Origin: a bacterium
GTDB taxonomy: Bacteria > Patescibacteriota > Minisyncoccia > Phycocordibacterales > UBA1006
Length of the DNA: 64,000 nt
Reading direction: 5' to 3'
Assembly (NCBI GenBank): GCA_037144045.1
Contig: JBAWXN010000001.1
Coordinates: 66,487-130,486 of the forward strand
The notes under the pieces were generated by a model, which was not told the DNA's origin, made no database searches, and saw nothing but the letters and a program-made list of their open reading frames with translations. This document shows positions 40,751-51,733 of the stretch, one piece after another. A program made the translations under genes and the position numbers. Numbering within the stretch: position 1 is the stretch's first letter; every line of letters starts with the position of its first letter.

Positions 40751-42790
40751 ATGCAACAGAACAAGTTCGTTATTAAGTCACATATGACCCCTGCTGGGGA
40801 TCAGCCTGAAGCGATCAAGGCGCTTGTTTCTGGGCTTAAAAAAGGTATAGCTAAGCAAACCCTACTCGGTGCTACAGGAACGGGGAAGACGTTTACTATT
40901 GCTAACGTTATTGAACAAGTACAGCGACCAACACTGGTTATTGCGCATAACAAAACCCTGGCAGCGCAGCTGGCTCAGGAATTCACAGAATTTTTCCCTG
41001 ATGCGGCAGTACATTATTTCGTATCGTATTACGATTACTATCAACCAGAAGCATACATGCCTATGACGGATACGTACATCGAAAAAGACGCTCAAATCAA
41101 CGAAGAAATCGACCGATTACGTCACGCGTCGACTCAAGCACTCCTCACGCGGTCAGATGTGATCATTGTTGCGTCCGTTTCGTGTATTTATGGATTGGGA
41201 AGTCCAGAAGAATACGCTGAAATGAATGTGCAGCTTAAACTTGATCAGAAACTATCAAAACGCGAACTCATGGAACAGTTGGTGCGGGTTCACTATGGCC
41301 GCACGACAGCAGATTTAAATCCTGGACAATTCAGAGCCGTAGGCAACCGTGTGGATGTTATGCCGGTATCTGAAAAATTGATGTATTCAATTATTTTTTC
41401 TGGTAACCAAATTGGAGTTATTCATATTATTAATCCAGTAAACGGGATGATTATCGAATCACCGGAACACGTGTTTCTGTTCCCAGCAAAGCACTTCCTT
41501 ACAGAAGGGGAAAAGAAAGAAAAAGCACTCATTGCTATTGAAAAAGAAATGAAGGAAACTGTAAAGAAGTTTGAGAAAGAAGGTAAGCTCCTTGAGGCAG
41601 AACGAATTAAACGTCGAACCCAAAATGATTTATCAATGATGCGAGAAATGGGATATTGCTCTGGAATTGAAAACTATTCTCGCCACCTGTCAGGTAAAAA
41701 GGCGGGTGAAGCCCCCGAGACATTGTTGTCATATTTCCCAAAAGACTTCCTTACAGTTATCGATGAATCTCATGTGACATTGCCACAATTACATGGAATG
41801 TATGCGGGTGATGCATCACGTAAAAAAACACTTATTGAATTCGGGTTTCGACTTCCTTCAGCATCGGATAATCGCCCAATGCAGTATCCTGAATTTGATA
41901 AAAAGGTAGGTCAAACGGTATATGTATCTGCAACGCCAAGTAAGCTTGAGATTGAAACATCTGACCAGGTTGTTGAACAGATTATTCGTCCTACGGGACT
42001 CGTTGATCCTCAGGTAGAAATTCGCAAGGTTACTCCTGAGGAGGGGTACTCTGGACAAATTCAAGACTTCATTAATGAAACTGAAGCAGAGATTAAAAAG
42101 GGTGGGCGAGTGATTGCAACAACACTTACAAAAAAAATGGCAGAAGACCTCTCTGAATATTTAAAGCAACGAAAAATAAAATCAGAATATTTACACAGTG
42201 ATATTAAAACCATTGACCGTATTAAAATTCTTACCGAATTTAGACGGGGAACGTTTGATTGTCTGGTAGGGGTAAACTTGCTCCGTGAGGGACTCGACAT
42301 GCCAGAAGTATCATTTATTGGAATCCTTGATGCGGATAAAGAAGGATTCTTGCGATCAGAAACATCATTGATTCAAACTATTGGTCGTGCAGCGCGTAAC
42401 GTAGATGGACGGGTTATATTGTATGCAGATCATATGACCGGTTCTATGGAACGAGCCATTGGCGAAACAAAACGTCGTCGCGATAAACAGATTGCTCATA
42501 ACGAGAAACACGGTATTACTCCAATGACGATCAAAAAAACAATTCAAGATATTACGGCTAATATGGAATCGTCGCACGACAAAGCCGTTTCGGCAAACCT
42601 AATCCTTGATGAAGAACTGTTTGCAAATAATCCAAGTGAATTGATCAAAATTAAAGAAGATCAAATGAACGATGCAGTGGCTGAACTTGATTTCGAAACA
42701 GCAGCAATATTGCGTGATGAAATTCAAGCATTAAAAGAAAAGACAGGTGCTACAAAACCTAAGAAAAAGGAAAGACGAAAATTCAAATAA
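40751..42790 (+). CDS. uvrB: excinuclease ABC subunit B
   Basis: Walker A GATGTGKT, helicase motifs, C-terminal UVR domain (AAILRDEIQALKE). Length 679 aa. Confidence 0.93.
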   Translation: MQQNKFVIKSHMTPAGDQPEAIKALVSGLKKGIAKQTLLGATGTGKTFTIANVIEQVQRPTLVIAHNKTLAAQLAQEFTEFFPDAAVHYFVSYYDYYQPEAYMPMTDTYIEKDAQINEEIDRLRHASTQALLTRSDVIIVASVSCIYGLGSPEEYAEMNVQLKLDQKLSKRELMEQLVRVHYGRTTADLNPGQFRAVGNRVDVMPVSEKLMYSIIFSGNQIGVIHIINPVNGMIIESPEHVFLFPAKHFLTEGEKKEKALIAIEKEMKETVKKFEKEGKLLEAERIKRRTQNDLSMMREMGYCSGIENYSRHLSGKKAGEAPETLLSYFPKDFLTVIDESHVTLPQLHGMYAGDASRKKTLIEFGFRLPSASDNRPMQYPEFDKKVGQTVYVSATPSKLEIETSDQVVEQIIRPTGLVDPQVEIRKVTPEEGYSGQIQDFINETEAEIKKGGRVIATTLTKKMAEDLSEYLKQRKIKSEYLHSDIKTIDRIKILTEFRRGTFDCLVGVNLLREGLDMPEVSFIGILDADKEGFLRSETSLIQTIGRAARNVDGRVILYADHMTGSMERAIGETKRRRDKQIAHNEKHGITPMTIKKTIQDITANMESSHDKAVSANLILDEELFANNPSELIKIKEDQMNDAVAELDFETAAILRDEIQALKEKTGATKPKKKERRKFK

Positions 42791-42815
42791 TAGCCAACCG
42801 TAATCAATTGTATTT

Positions 42816-43574
42816 ATGAAAAAAACAATCGTATCAATTATCATAGTTGCAGCATTTGTAACAGGGTTAGTGTTTTTAGTGCGCATCAATCCATTAGTGT
42901 TACAACCTGAAGTGACTCCTAGTCTTGCACCGTCGCAATCAGTGTTAATAACACAACAGCCAGAGATGGTTTCTGTAGCCGAAGATTCTTATTTGTTAGA
43001 AATCACAGGTGGGTATCCTCAATTTCCGCAGGCAGATGATATGTTTAATAAAAAAATTGCTGATGCGATTACTGCAGAAACTGGTGAATTTAAAAAATAC
43101 GCATCTGAGGATTACCAAGCACAACTTACGACAGATAGTGGTGATTTGTTTCAGAAGCGTTTTGAGCAGGGTGAAATGTATACCTTGTCTTGGAATACAG
43201 AAGTGATTCAGTCAAACGATAATTACATTAGTGTTATTATTCGACAAGAATCATACACTGGTGGTGCGCACGGTTCACGCGTTGCCCGCTCGTTTAATTA
43301 CGATGTTAAGCAACACAAAGAACTTATCCTGACTGATTTAATGAGTTATGAAAAGGCTTCACAAGTTTCTCGAGAATCATTTAAAAAGGTATTCACAGAA
43401 AATGGTGATCGTGAAGTATTTGAGAGTTTTGCTCTAGAAGGAACTGACCCGAAAATTCCAGAAAATTTCCAAGTATTTACTATGACGCCGGACGTGATTA
43501 CGATTTACTTTAATGAGTACCAAGTAGCACCGTATGTATATGGTGAGCAGCAAGTAGTGATCCCAATAAAATAA
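42816..43574 (+). CDS. DUF3298/DUF4163-domain (RsiV-like) membrane-anchored protein
   Basis: N-terminal TM helix. YTGGAHG motif characteristic of DUF3298. Confidence 0.55.
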   Translation: MKKTIVSIIIVAAFVTGLVFLVRINPLVLQPEVTPSLAPSQSVLITQQPEMVSVAEDSYLLEITGGYPQFPQADDMFNKKIADAITAETGEFKKYASEDYQAQLTTDSGDLFQKRFEQGEMYTLSWNTEVIQSNDNYISVIIRQESYTGGAHGSRVARSFNYDVKQHKELILTDLMSYEKASQVSRESFKKVFTENGDREVFESFALEGTDPKIPENFQVFTMTPDVITIYFNEYQVAPYVYGEQQVVIPIK

Positions 43575-43600
43575 ACCCTGTACAAGACAGGGTTTTTTTA
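43575..43600. terminator. bidirectional rho-independent terminator
   Basis: aaaccctgtacaagacagggtttttttatt. Confidence 0.8.
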
Positions 43601-43864
43601 TTAGTTTATTTTCATAATCAAAGAAACAGATGAATTATCAACGAATCCTGCAAAACGGTAGAGTTGCGACGATTCTGGAGGCCCATTCAGGAGTTGGTCT
43701 TTCCTTACAAAAAGGGCCTGGTTGTCTCGTAAGTGCTTGAAGAGAAACCCGGAATGATTATCGTGGGTGTGAGTGGCAATGTACTCAAGGTGGTGGTCGG
43801 TGTATTGTTCGTAGTCAGTATTTTTCGAAAAGTATTCTTCGAATGAATGTATTTGTTTACCCAT
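43601..43864 (-). CDS. hypothetical protein (87 aa, His-rich)
   Basis: Intact ORF between the terminator and the divergent uvrA promoter. No motif recognised. Confidence 0.35.
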   Translation of the reverse strand: MGKQIHSFEEYFSKNTDYEQYTDHHLEYIATHTHDNHSGFLFKHLRDNQALFVRKDQLLNGPPESSQLYRFAGFVDNSSVSLIMKIN

Positions 43865-43903
43865 AAGGAGGGAGTTTAATGCAGATTACCATATATAAAT
43901 ACT

Positions 43904-43932
43904 TTGTAAAGAACTTATCAATATGCTAGAAT
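43904..43932 (+). promoter_or_regulatory. sigma70-like promoter for uvrA (TTGTAA-17-TAGAAT), leaderless configuration
   Basis: The -10 ends at 43932 and the ATG is at 43941. No LexA-box-like palindrome seen. Confidence 0.55.
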
Positions 43933-43940
43933 AAGTCATT

Positions 43941-46643
43941 ATGGTAAAGAAAAAAGACGGCTCGGCACGCGACGAGAAAATTATTATTAAAGGGGCGCGA
44001 ACTCATAACTTGAAAAATATTGATGTCGAAATTCCGCGAGGAACCATGACGGCAATTACAGGACTTTCGGGTTCCGGAAAAAGTTCGCTTGCGTTCGATA
44101 CAATCTTTGCAGAAGGGCAGCGACGCTATGTTGAATCGCTTTCTGCGTACGCACGACAATTTCTTAAACAAATGGGGAAGCCGGACGTAGATGAAATCAC
44201 TGGACTATCACCGGCAATTTCTATCGATCAAAAATCACGATCAAATAATCCGCGTTCAACGGTTGCAACCATTACTGAAATTTATGACTATTTGCGAGTA
44301 TTGTATGCTCGTGTTGGTAAGCCGTTCTGTATTGAATGTGGGCGCAAAATTGAAAAATTATCAACCGAAGAAATCTTAAACTTAATTCAAGAAAAGATTA
44401 ACAGGTTCGAAACGGATAATAAGGGTAATAAAAAAGTAATGGGAGTTCAGTGGAACGATACCCAAGTGCAAATTATGGCGCCCGTAGTTCGTGGTCGCAA
44501 AGGTGAATATTATCAACTACTCTACGATATGTTAGGGAAGGGTTTTGCACGTGCACGTATTGATGGGTCAATGAAAAACCTGCGTGAAAAAATAACGCTG
44601 GATAAAAATTCTAAGCACGATATTGATTTCCTCGTAGATGAAATTGCTATTCATGAATTTCGCGATGATTTCAAAGCGGCCAGTGAGCGTCTTGCGGAAG
44701 CAGTAGAATTGGGGCTTACTGAAGCTGAAAACATGGTGCGTATTGTGTTTGCGGTACCTGGTGAAGAAGTTACTGATGAAAATCGTAACGAACGCGAATT
44801 CCTTATGTCAGCAACCTTGTCATGTCCTCATGATGGATTTTCGTATCCTGATATTGAACCACGATTATTCTCGTTTAATAGTCCTTATGGAGCTTGTCCT
44901 GAATGTAACGGGTTAGGAACCTATCATTTGTTTGGAAATGAAAACGACGATATTTGTAAAGTGTGTAATGGAGCACGGTTGCGTCCCGAAGGACTCAATG
45001 TGTTTTTGCATGGGAACACAGAAAGTGATCGGGTAACGGAAAAGAATCGTAAAGAGTTTGTAAATATTGTTGATGTGACTGACATGTCTATCGAACAAGC
45101 AATTACCTTTTTTGCAGATCTACAGCTTTCAAAGCAAGATCGTGAAATTGCGAGTGTTATCCTTAAAGAAATTGAAGACCGTTTATTGTTCATGTTCGAT
45201 GTAGGTCTTCAATACCTGGAATTAAGTCGACGCGCTAACACCTTGTCAGGTGGGGAGGCGCAGCGTATTCGCCTTGCTTCACAATTAGGTTCCCAATTAG
45301 TGGGAGCATTATACGTACTTGACGAACCTACTATTGGGTTACATCAACGTGACAATGATCGTTTGATTAATACGTTAAAGAATTTACGAGACCTGGGAAA
45401 TACTATTATTGTTGTTGAACATGATGAAGACACGATTTTTGCCAGTGACTACATTGTAGACATTGGTCCTGGTGCTGGGATACACGGTGGAAATGTCGTA
45501 GTACAAGGAAATTTGAAAGAGCTCCTTGCGGGGAAAAACAAAGAAAATTCACTCACGATTGATTACTTGAAAGGAGTAGAACAAGTACATATTCCCGAAA
45601 AACGTCGTGATAACGACAAGGGTCACTTAAAAGTAGTAGGAGCAACAATAAATAATATTCATAACATTAATGCTGAAATTCCATTAGGGCGTATGAGTGT
45701 GATTACGGGTGTTTCAGGTTCCGGAAAATCCTCATTTATGTACGAAGTTGTTTATAAGAACCTACAAGGATTATTGGAGCGACGTTCACGCAGTGCAAAA
45801 GTATATAATGCCGCCACGTTTGAAAAGACAGGTGAATTGTCACGGGTAATTATGATTGATCAATCACCTATTGGACGAACACCCCGTTCAAACCCTGCAA
45901 CGTATACAGGGTCATGGACATTCATTCGTGATTTATTTGCAAGTACCGCCGAAGCACGGGTGCGCGGTTGGAAATCATCACGCTTTAGTTTTAACGTGAA
46001 AGGAGGACGCTGTGAGGCGTGCCAAGGAAATGGAGAAATTGCCGTTGAAATGCACTTCCTGCCAACGGTGTATGTAACGTGTGATGTGTGTAATGGAAAA
46101 CGTTTTGATAAGGAAACGTTAAAAGTGGTGTATAAACCTGCAAAGGCTAAGAAGGGGAAAAATATTTTTGAAGTACTCGAAATGACGATCGAAGAAGCAC
46201 ATGATTTCTTCTACGATATTCCAGCTATTGCAGATCGTATGCGATCATTACTTGATGTGGGGCTTGGATATATTAAGCTCGGACAATCGGCAGATACGCT
46301 TTCTGGTGGGGAATCACAGCGTGTGAAGATTTCTTCAGAACTCTATCGTCCTATGACCCAGAAGACAATTTACCTCCTCGATGAACCTACAGTAGGATTG
46401 CATTTTGAAGACGTAAAACGTTTGATTGAGGTATTGAATAAGTTGGTAGAACGGCAAAACACAGTGGTACTTATTGAACATAATTTGGATGTTATTAAAT
46501 GCGCCGATTACCTCCTCGATTTTGGTCCTGAAGGAGGAACCGGGGGTGGTAAAATTATCGCTAAAGGAACTCCCGAAGAGGTGGCAAATAATCCTGCAAG
46601 TTACACCGGTAAATACCTTAAGAAAATGCTCAAGAAGAAATAA
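43941..46643 (+). CDS. uvrA: excinuclease ABC subunit A
   Basis: Two ABC modules ([24 protein letters not shown]; [24 protein letters not shown]). Zinc-finger Cys clusters. Length 900 aa. Confidence 0.95.
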   Translation: MVKKKDGSARDEKIIIKGARTHNLKNIDVEIPRGTMTAITGLSGSGKSSLAFDTIFAEGQRRYVESLSAYARQFLKQMGKPDVDEITGLSPAISIDQKSRSNNPRSTVATITEIYDYLRVLYARVGKPFCIECGRKIEKLSTEEILNLIQEKINRFETDNKGNKKVMGVQWNDTQVQIMAPVVRGRKGEYYQLLYDMLGKGFARARIDGSMKNLREKITLDKNSKHDIDFLVDEIAIHEFRDDFKAASERLAEAVELGLTEAENMVRIVFAVPGEEVTDENRNEREFLMSATLSCPHDGFSYPDIEPRLFSFNSPYGACPECNGLGTYHLFGNENDDICKVCNGARLRPEGLNVFLHGNTESDRVTEKNRKEFVNIVDVTDMSIEQAITFFADLQLSKQDREIASVILKEIEDRLLFMFDVGLQYLELSRRANTLSGGEAQRIRLASQLGSQLVGALYVLDEPTIGLHQRDNDRLINTLKNLRDLGNTIIVVEHDEDTIFASDYIVDIGPGAGIHGGNVVVQGNLKELLAGKNKENSLTIDYLKGVEQVHIPEKRRDNDKGHLKVVGATINNIHNINAEIPLGRMSVITGVSGSGKSSFMYEVVYKNLQGLLERRSRSAKVYNAATFEKTGELSRVIMIDQSPIGRTPRSNPATYTGSWTFIRDLFASTAEARVRGWKSSRFSFNVKGGRCEACQGNGEIAVEMHFLPTVYVTCDVCNGKRFDKETLKVVYKPAKAKKGKNIFEVLEMTIEEAHDFFYDIPAIADRMRSLLDVGLGYIKLGQSADTLSGGESQRVKISSELYRPMTQKTIYLLDEPTVGLHFEDVKRLIEVLNKLVERQNTVVLIEHNLDVIKCADYLLDFGPEGGTGGGKIIAKGTPEEVANNPASYTGKYLKKMLKKK

Positions 46644-46659
46644 GGGTCTTGACAAGAAT

Positions 46660-46688
46660 TTGACTTATTTTAACTGGTGTGATAGTGT
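46660..46688 (+). promoter_or_regulatory. sigma70-like promoter (TTGACT-17-TAGTGT)
   Basis: ttgacttattttaactggtgtgatagtgt. Confidence 0.45.
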
Positions 46689-46721
46689 AGAGATACAGAA
46701 ATTAATTATTTAGCAGTAAAG

Positions 46722-47795
46722 TTGTTGAAAACAAACAAACAAAACAAACGTTCTATGGCAAAAGTAAACATTACGTTCAAACCAAAACAGACTACCAAAA
46801 AGCTCCTTAAGGGGCTTCAAGACCGTGCGTCAGAAGTGATCGTGAACCGATTTGGCTTGAATGACAGTGGTGAACAACAAACACTTGAATCAATTGGTCA
46901 AAAATATGGCATTACTCGTGAACGAGTACGTCAAATTGAAAACTTCGCTCTTAATGCAATTAAAAAATCAGACTCATTCCATGAAGCAGAAGAAATCTTT
47001 AAAGAGCTTAAAGATGTTATTCAAACTCTTGGAGGAATTGTTTCAGAAGAAGAACTCCTTCCTATGCTTTCAAAGGATCAAGTAACTCAAAATCATATTG
47101 GGTTATACCTCGCATTGGGGAACGATTTTGCTGAAGCAAAAGAAGATGCTCATTTCAAGAAGCGATGGATTGTTGATGGATACACTGCAGAACGAGTACA
47201 CAAAGCTCTCCTTGATATTCATGGAGCCCTTGCATCAGAAGACCTTATTTCAGAATCTGAAATGATCGACAAAGTGTTGTGTCATGATGGTATCTGCGAA
47301 ATCACTTCACATAAAGTGGATAATGAAATGGCTGGCCGATGGTTGAACATTTCTAAGTCACTTGCAAAGAATCCTTTGGGTGAATGGGGACGCGCAACAT
47401 CACCTAATGTGAAAACTCGAGGAATCAAGGACTATGCGTACTTGGTAATGCGACGTCACGGTTCACCTATGCACTTTCGCGAAGTTGCAGAGGCAATCGA
47501 AAAAACATTTGGTAAGAAAACTCACACCGCAACCTGTCACAATGAATTGATTAAAGATGCTCGATTCGTCCTAGTAGGACGAGGAGTATACGCACTCAAA
47601 GAATGGGGATACACTGCAGGAGTAGTTCGTGAAGTAATTGAACAGATCTTGAAAAAGGACGGTCCAATGACTAAAGACGAAATTATCGAAAAGGTACTTA
47701 AAGAACGCTACCTCAAGAAAAATACTATCTTAGTAAACTTGATGAATCCTAAGTATTTTAAAAAAGACAAAAACGGACTCTATAGTGCCGCATAA
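46722..47795 (+). CDS. DNA-binding protein: N-terminal sigma-70 region-4-like HTH fused to C-terminal HARE-HTH (RNAP delta-subunit-like) domain
   Basis: VNRFGLNDSGEQQTLESIGQKYGITRERVRQIENFALNAIKK closely parallels region 4.2 of this genome's own rpoD. The C-terminal YLVMRRHGSPMHFREVAEAIEK...RFVLVGRGVYALKEW resembles HARE-HTH. An alternative start is the Met at 46755. Confidence 0.55.
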   Translation: MLKTNKQNKRSMAKVNITFKPKQTTKKLLKGLQDRASEVIVNRFGLNDSGEQQTLESIGQKYGITRERVRQIENFALNAIKKSDSFHEAEEIFKELKDVIQTLGGIVSEEELLPMLSKDQVTQNHIGLYLALGNDFAEAKEDAHFKKRWIVDGYTAERVHKALLDIHGALASEDLISESEMIDKVLCHDGICEITSHKVDNEMAGRWLNISKSLAKNPLGEWGRATSPNVKTRGIKDYAYLVMRRHGSPMHFREVAEAIEKTFGKKTHTATCHNELIKDARFVLVGRGVYALKEWGYTAGVVREVIEQILKKDGPMTKDEIIEKVLKERYLKKNTILVNLMNPKYFKKDKNGLYSAA

Positions 47796-47799
47796 GTTT

Positions 47800-47830
47800 T
47801 TCAAAAAACCACCTCGAGTGGTTTTTTGTT
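47800..47830 (+). terminator. rho-independent terminator
   Basis: aaaaaaccacctcgagtggttttttgtttg. Confidence 0.8.
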
Positions 47831-47858
47831 TGAATTGTAGTTATAATAACAAGTATCT

Positions 47859-49349
47859 ATGGATCAAACGGGGGTCATTGTTATACTGCGCGATTTTATC
47901 TATCCGATCATTGCAGGAACGGCGGTTATTTGGGCACCACTTTTGTGTGGTTATTTAGCTTGGGGCTGGTGGTTAGAATATGTGCGTAAGTTGAAAATTT
48001 CAGAAGCGAAATTTACGATGATTGAAATTAAGATTCCGAAGGAAGTCTATAAAAGTCCTGCGGCTATTGAGGTAATGCTTAATTCAATGTATGGGGATAC
48101 CCGTCCACCACTGTTCACCAAAGGACTTGAAACAAAATGGTCAACGTTGATTACTGACTTTGGAAAATGGTATAGTGCTATCTGGTCAGGATCATGGCCG
48201 CTCTGGTGGTCACTTGAAATTGCATCTATTGAAGGAAATATTTATTTCTTTATTCGGTGTGAACCTAAAAACAGAGAAACCATTGAGAACTTGCTCTATT
48301 CACAATTCCCTCAAGCAGAGATTACCGAAGTAGATGATTACACAAAGTATGTACCACCGTTTAAAGCGGGGGGATCATGGGATTTACGTGCTTGCGAATA
48401 TAAGCTGAAAGAAACATTTGAAGTGGTCGACAGTAAAGGTAATAAGAAAAAATACGCCGCAGATGCTGTTCCATTGAAAACCTATGTTGATTACGGGCTC
48501 CACGATTCGTTTAACCTTGAAGAAGAACAAAAGATTGACCCAATGGTACCATTCCTCCAAGCAATGGGTTCAATTGGAGTGGGGGAGCAAGTATGGTTCC
48601 AGATTGTGATGCAAGGAAGTTGGGCGCATTATGACAACCCTAATCCGGAGAAAAAATCAGAAAAGCCATTCATATCATGGCAAGATGTGGGTAAGTATTA
48701 TCTTGAAAACAATGTTCTCAAGCGTTGGACAAAACTATTAAGAACAGAAGACCATCCAACTGAGAAAGTAAAGAAAAAAGATAAAGACGGAAATGAAGTT
48801 GAAGCTGCCAAAGAGGTTAAATTTTTTACCAGTGGATATGGTGATTTGCCACCGGCTGAAAAAGAACGCGTAGAAGCCATTGATCGTAAATTAGTGAAAA
48901 GCGCCTACGATTGTGGAATACGGCTTATGTATATTGCTAAAGCTGATAAGTTTAATAAAAATAAATTTGGTGAAGTTAAAAATGCATTAAAGCAATTTAA
49001 TGCAGTAAATAGAAATTCACTTGAAGCTATTAATGGTACTGATGATGGATTTGACTATCCATGGCAAGACTATCGCGACCTTAAGAAGTTTACTAATCGT
49101 GAAAAAATGTTTAAGCGATATATTAAACGAGAATTCTTCTATCCGCCAGAAATGGGTGCGACCGTGCTTGTAAAAGAAGTACTTGATCGACCTTTGGTAA
49201 AGGGAACGATTAAGAGTACTGAAATTTGCCCACTAGGTACCGAAGAGCTTGCGACACTGTTTCATTTCCCGGGAACGGTTGCAAAAACTTCAGCGCTTGG
49301 TCGTATTGAAGCTCAAAAAGCCGAACCGCCAGCAAATCTACCTATATAA
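47859..49349 (+). CDS. hypothetical membrane protein (496 aa)
   Basis: Two N-terminal hydrophobic segments, then a large charged domain with no recognised motifs. Flanked by terminators. Confidence 0.45.
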   Translation: MDQTGVIVILRDFIYPIIAGTAVIWAPLLCGYLAWGWWLEYVRKLKISEAKFTMIEIKIPKEVYKSPAAIEVMLNSMYGDTRPPLFTKGLETKWSTLITDFGKWYSAIWSGSWPLWWSLEIASIEGNIYFFIRCEPKNRETIENLLYSQFPQAEITEVDDYTKYVPPFKAGGSWDLRACEYKLKETFEVVDSKGNKKKYAADAVPLKTYVDYGLHDSFNLEEEQKIDPMVPFLQAMGSIGVGEQVWFQIVMQGSWAHYDNPNPEKKSEKPFISWQDVGKYYLENNVLKRWTKLLRTEDHPTEKVKKKDKDGNEVEAAKEVKFFTSGYGDLPPAEKERVEAIDRKLVKSAYDCGIRLMYIAKADKFNKNKFGEVKNALKQFNAVNRNSLEAINGTDDGFDYPWQDYRDLKKFTNREKMFKRYIKREFFYPPEMGATVLVKEVLDRPLVKGTIKSTEICPLGTEELATLFHFPGTVAKTSALGRIEAQKAEPPANLPI

Positions 49350-49351
49350 AA

Positions 49352-49382
49352 TACGCCTCAACACTGAGCGCGTTTTTTTATT
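49352..49382 (+). terminator. rho-independent terminator
   Basis: cgcctcaacactgagcgcgtttttttatttt. Confidence 0.65.
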
Positions 49383-49420
49383 TTGGCCCTAGGTATATTT
49401 TATGATATTATGGATGAATT

Positions 49421-50413
49421 ATGGAACCAAATCCTCCTTTTCCGCACATCGACATGAAGCCTAAAAGTACCCCGTGGAGGTTCTTATTCTTGATTATTGG
49501 GATCGCTCTCATTGTAGGAGGATCATTTTTTGTTATTGGACAGGCGCCAGCTGATTTTGTACCGGGGACTCAAGTTAAGGTATCTGAAGGCTCATCAGTA
49601 CGCGATACGGGTGATTTGCTCTATCAAAAAAAGGTGATTAGATCGAGTAGCCTCTTTCAGTTTATTGTGAAAATGGCGTTTCATGACCGTCCGGTTATTG
49701 CTGGTGACTTTGCTTTTGAAAAAAACTACAATGTATATGAGGTTGCTAAAATGCTCACTGGTGGTGGTTTTGGTGGGACGCAGGTACGAATTACTATCCC
49801 CGAAGGAAGTTCGGTGGTAGAAATCGCAGCTATTATGAGTAAATCAATTCCAGGCTGGAATGCAAATGAATTTGTTTCAAAAGCTAAACCCTTTGAAGGA
49901 ACCCTTTTCCCGGAAACATATATTGTATTTAAATCTATTACGGCTGACGATTTGATTGAACAGTTAAAAAAACAATATGCGAGTAAAACAAAAAATCTAA
50001 AAGATGAAATCAAAAAATCAGGATACAGCGAATCGCAAATAATTATTATGGCATCTTTGTTAGAGAAAGAAGCGAAAAATGAATCCGAAGCGAAAATTAT
50101 TTCAGGAATTCTTTGGAAGCGTATTAAGCAAGGAAAGCCGCTCCAAGTAGATGCACCATTTCTCTACACGCTTAAAAAAACAAGTGCTCAACTAACGATG
50201 AAAGATCTTCAGAAAGATGGTCCCTATAATACCTATACTCGTAAAGGGCTTCCAGCGACAGCTATTGGCAACCCGGGAATGACTATGATTTTGGCAGCGC
50301 TGCGTCCAGAAAGTTCAAGTTATTGGTTTTACCTTCATGGTAACGATGGGGTAATCCGTTACGCAAAAACATACGAAGAGCACCTTATTAATAAGAAAAA
50401 ATATTTAAAGTAA
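49421..50413 (+). CDS. mltG: endolytic murein transglycosylase MltG/YceG family
   Basis: N-terminal TM helix. YceG block ASLLEKEAKNESEAKIISGILWKRIKQGKPLQVDAPFLY. Confidence 0.75.
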   Translation: MEPNPPFPHIDMKPKSTPWRFLFLIIGIALIVGGSFFVIGQAPADFVPGTQVKVSEGSSVRDTGDLLYQKKVIRSSSLFQFIVKMAFHDRPVIAGDFAFEKNYNVYEVAKMLTGGGFGGTQVRITIPEGSSVVEIAAIMSKSIPGWNANEFVSKAKPFEGTLFPETYIVFKSITADDLIEQLKKQYASKTKNLKDEIKKSGYSESQIIIMASLLEKEAKNESEAKIISGILWKRIKQGKPLQVDAPFLYTLKKTSAQLTMKDLQKDGPYNTYTRKGLPATAIGNPGMTMILAALRPESSSYWFYLHGNDGVIRYAKTYEEHLINKKKYLK

Positions 50414-50423
50414 ATTTAGACAT

Positions 50424-50966
50424 ATGAAAGGAAAGAAGTTAGCATTTATTGATATTGAAACTACAGGAACCAATGCTTATAAACATGAGATTGTTGAAAT
50501 CGGCTGCCTCCTTGCAAAACAAAACGATGATGGAACTTTTACTACTATCGAAGAATTCGAAGTAAAAGTGAAGCCTGAACATATTGAGACCGCTGAACGG
50601 GAGGCGTTGCGTATCAACGGGTATGATGAAAGTCAGTGGTTATTTGCTCATACGCAGAAAGAGGCTTTAACTCTTGTTTCTCAAAAATGTGAAGGTGCCG
50701 TTATGGTGGCACAAAATGCATCGTTCGACTATTCATTCCTTGCGGTAGCATTTGGAAAATATGAAGTAAAAGACCCTTTCTTCTACGCTAAACTCGACAC
50801 GATTCCTATGGCATATTTACGATTTCGTAATGATCCTGAAATGGATAGTTTTACCTTGAGAAAACTCTGTGAAAAATTTGGGATTAAAAATGAAAAAGCA
50901 CACACGGCTATGGCTGATATTCGCGCCACCTATGAAGTATTTAAGCGATTACTGGGTCAAAAGTAG
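50424..50966 (+). CDS. DEDDh 3'-5' exonuclease (DnaQ/epsilon-like)
   Basis: Exo I LAFIDIETTG. Exo III HTAMADIRAT. Confidence 0.75.
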   Translation: MKGKKLAFIDIETTGTNAYKHEIVEIGCLLAKQNDDGTFTTIEEFEVKVKPEHIETAEREALRINGYDESQWLFAHTQKEALTLVSQKCEGAVMVAQNASFDYSFLAVAFGKYEVKDPFFYAKLDTIPMAYLRFRNDPEMDSFTLRKLCEKFGIKNEKAHTAMADIRATYEVFKRLLGQK

Positions 50967-51027
50967 TGCACAGGTAAAGCCTTGCGCTTTTTTTGTTTAT
51001 ATGGTATAAAATCACAAATCGAGTCCT

Positions 51028-51678
51028 ATGGCAGAAACGAAGCAAGAGCCTTACTCAACCAAGGTTCCCAAGAAGCTCAGGGCGCTATCAAAACAAAATC
51101 ATCATCGAAAGTCGATTGTGAGTATCTTCAAGTCATTGGTGTCATTTTCCTACCAGCGTGAACTAGCTCAATACGTAGTATTGGTTTTAGAAATAATTCA
51201 CAACTTGATTACTTTAATCAAGAGACCAGGAAAAAAGTACCTTAATACAATTCTTGAAGCTACACAAACAGCACTACAACTTGAAGATGGTGATGATGAT
51301 GTTTCTGATAATAGTGTCCCCCATTCGCCACTAGGAAAGCAGCAATATGTTGCAGTAGTAGGCGGATTATCTATCAATAGTAATCAGTGTATTAAATTAC
51401 TTCAAACACAGGGAAGACTCACTAAACAGAATATTCGTATCTGTGATGACATTGAGCGATTCAAAAGTGGTACGTACACTGAAGTACTAACGAGTCAAAA
51501 TTGTGTAGGCATTATCTTGGGTCCTATCCCGCATTCACATAATGAAAACGTTGAAAAAGTGCTTTTGCATAAAATCGTATACGCACGAAATAATAGTAGT
51601 ACTCATGGTAAGTTGAGTCTTACCAAAGCTTCTATTACTCGCGCTATTGAAGAATTAAAACAAAGAAAAATTATTTAA
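51028..51678 (+). CDS. hypothetical protein (216 aa)
   Basis: Intact ORF preceded by an extended -10 (tggtataaaat) and followed by a terminator. Confidence 0.4.
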   Translation: MAETKQEPYSTKVPKKLRALSKQNHHRKSIVSIFKSLVSFSYQRELAQYVVLVLEIIHNLITLIKRPGKKYLNTILEATQTALQLEDGDDDVSDNSVPHSPLGKQQYVAVVGGLSINSNQCIKLLQTQGRLTKQNIRICDDIERFKSGTYTEVLTSQNCVGIILGPIPHSHNENVEKVLLHKIVYARNNSSTHGKLSLTKASITRAIEELKQRKII

Positions 51679-51706
51679 CCAAGAAGTGTCTCCGGGCACT
51701 TTTTTT
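51679..51706 (+). terminator. rho-independent terminator
   Basis: aagtgtctccgggcactttttttatt. Confidence 0.7.
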
Positions 51707-51733
51707 ATTTACTAAATATGGTACTATCACGAC

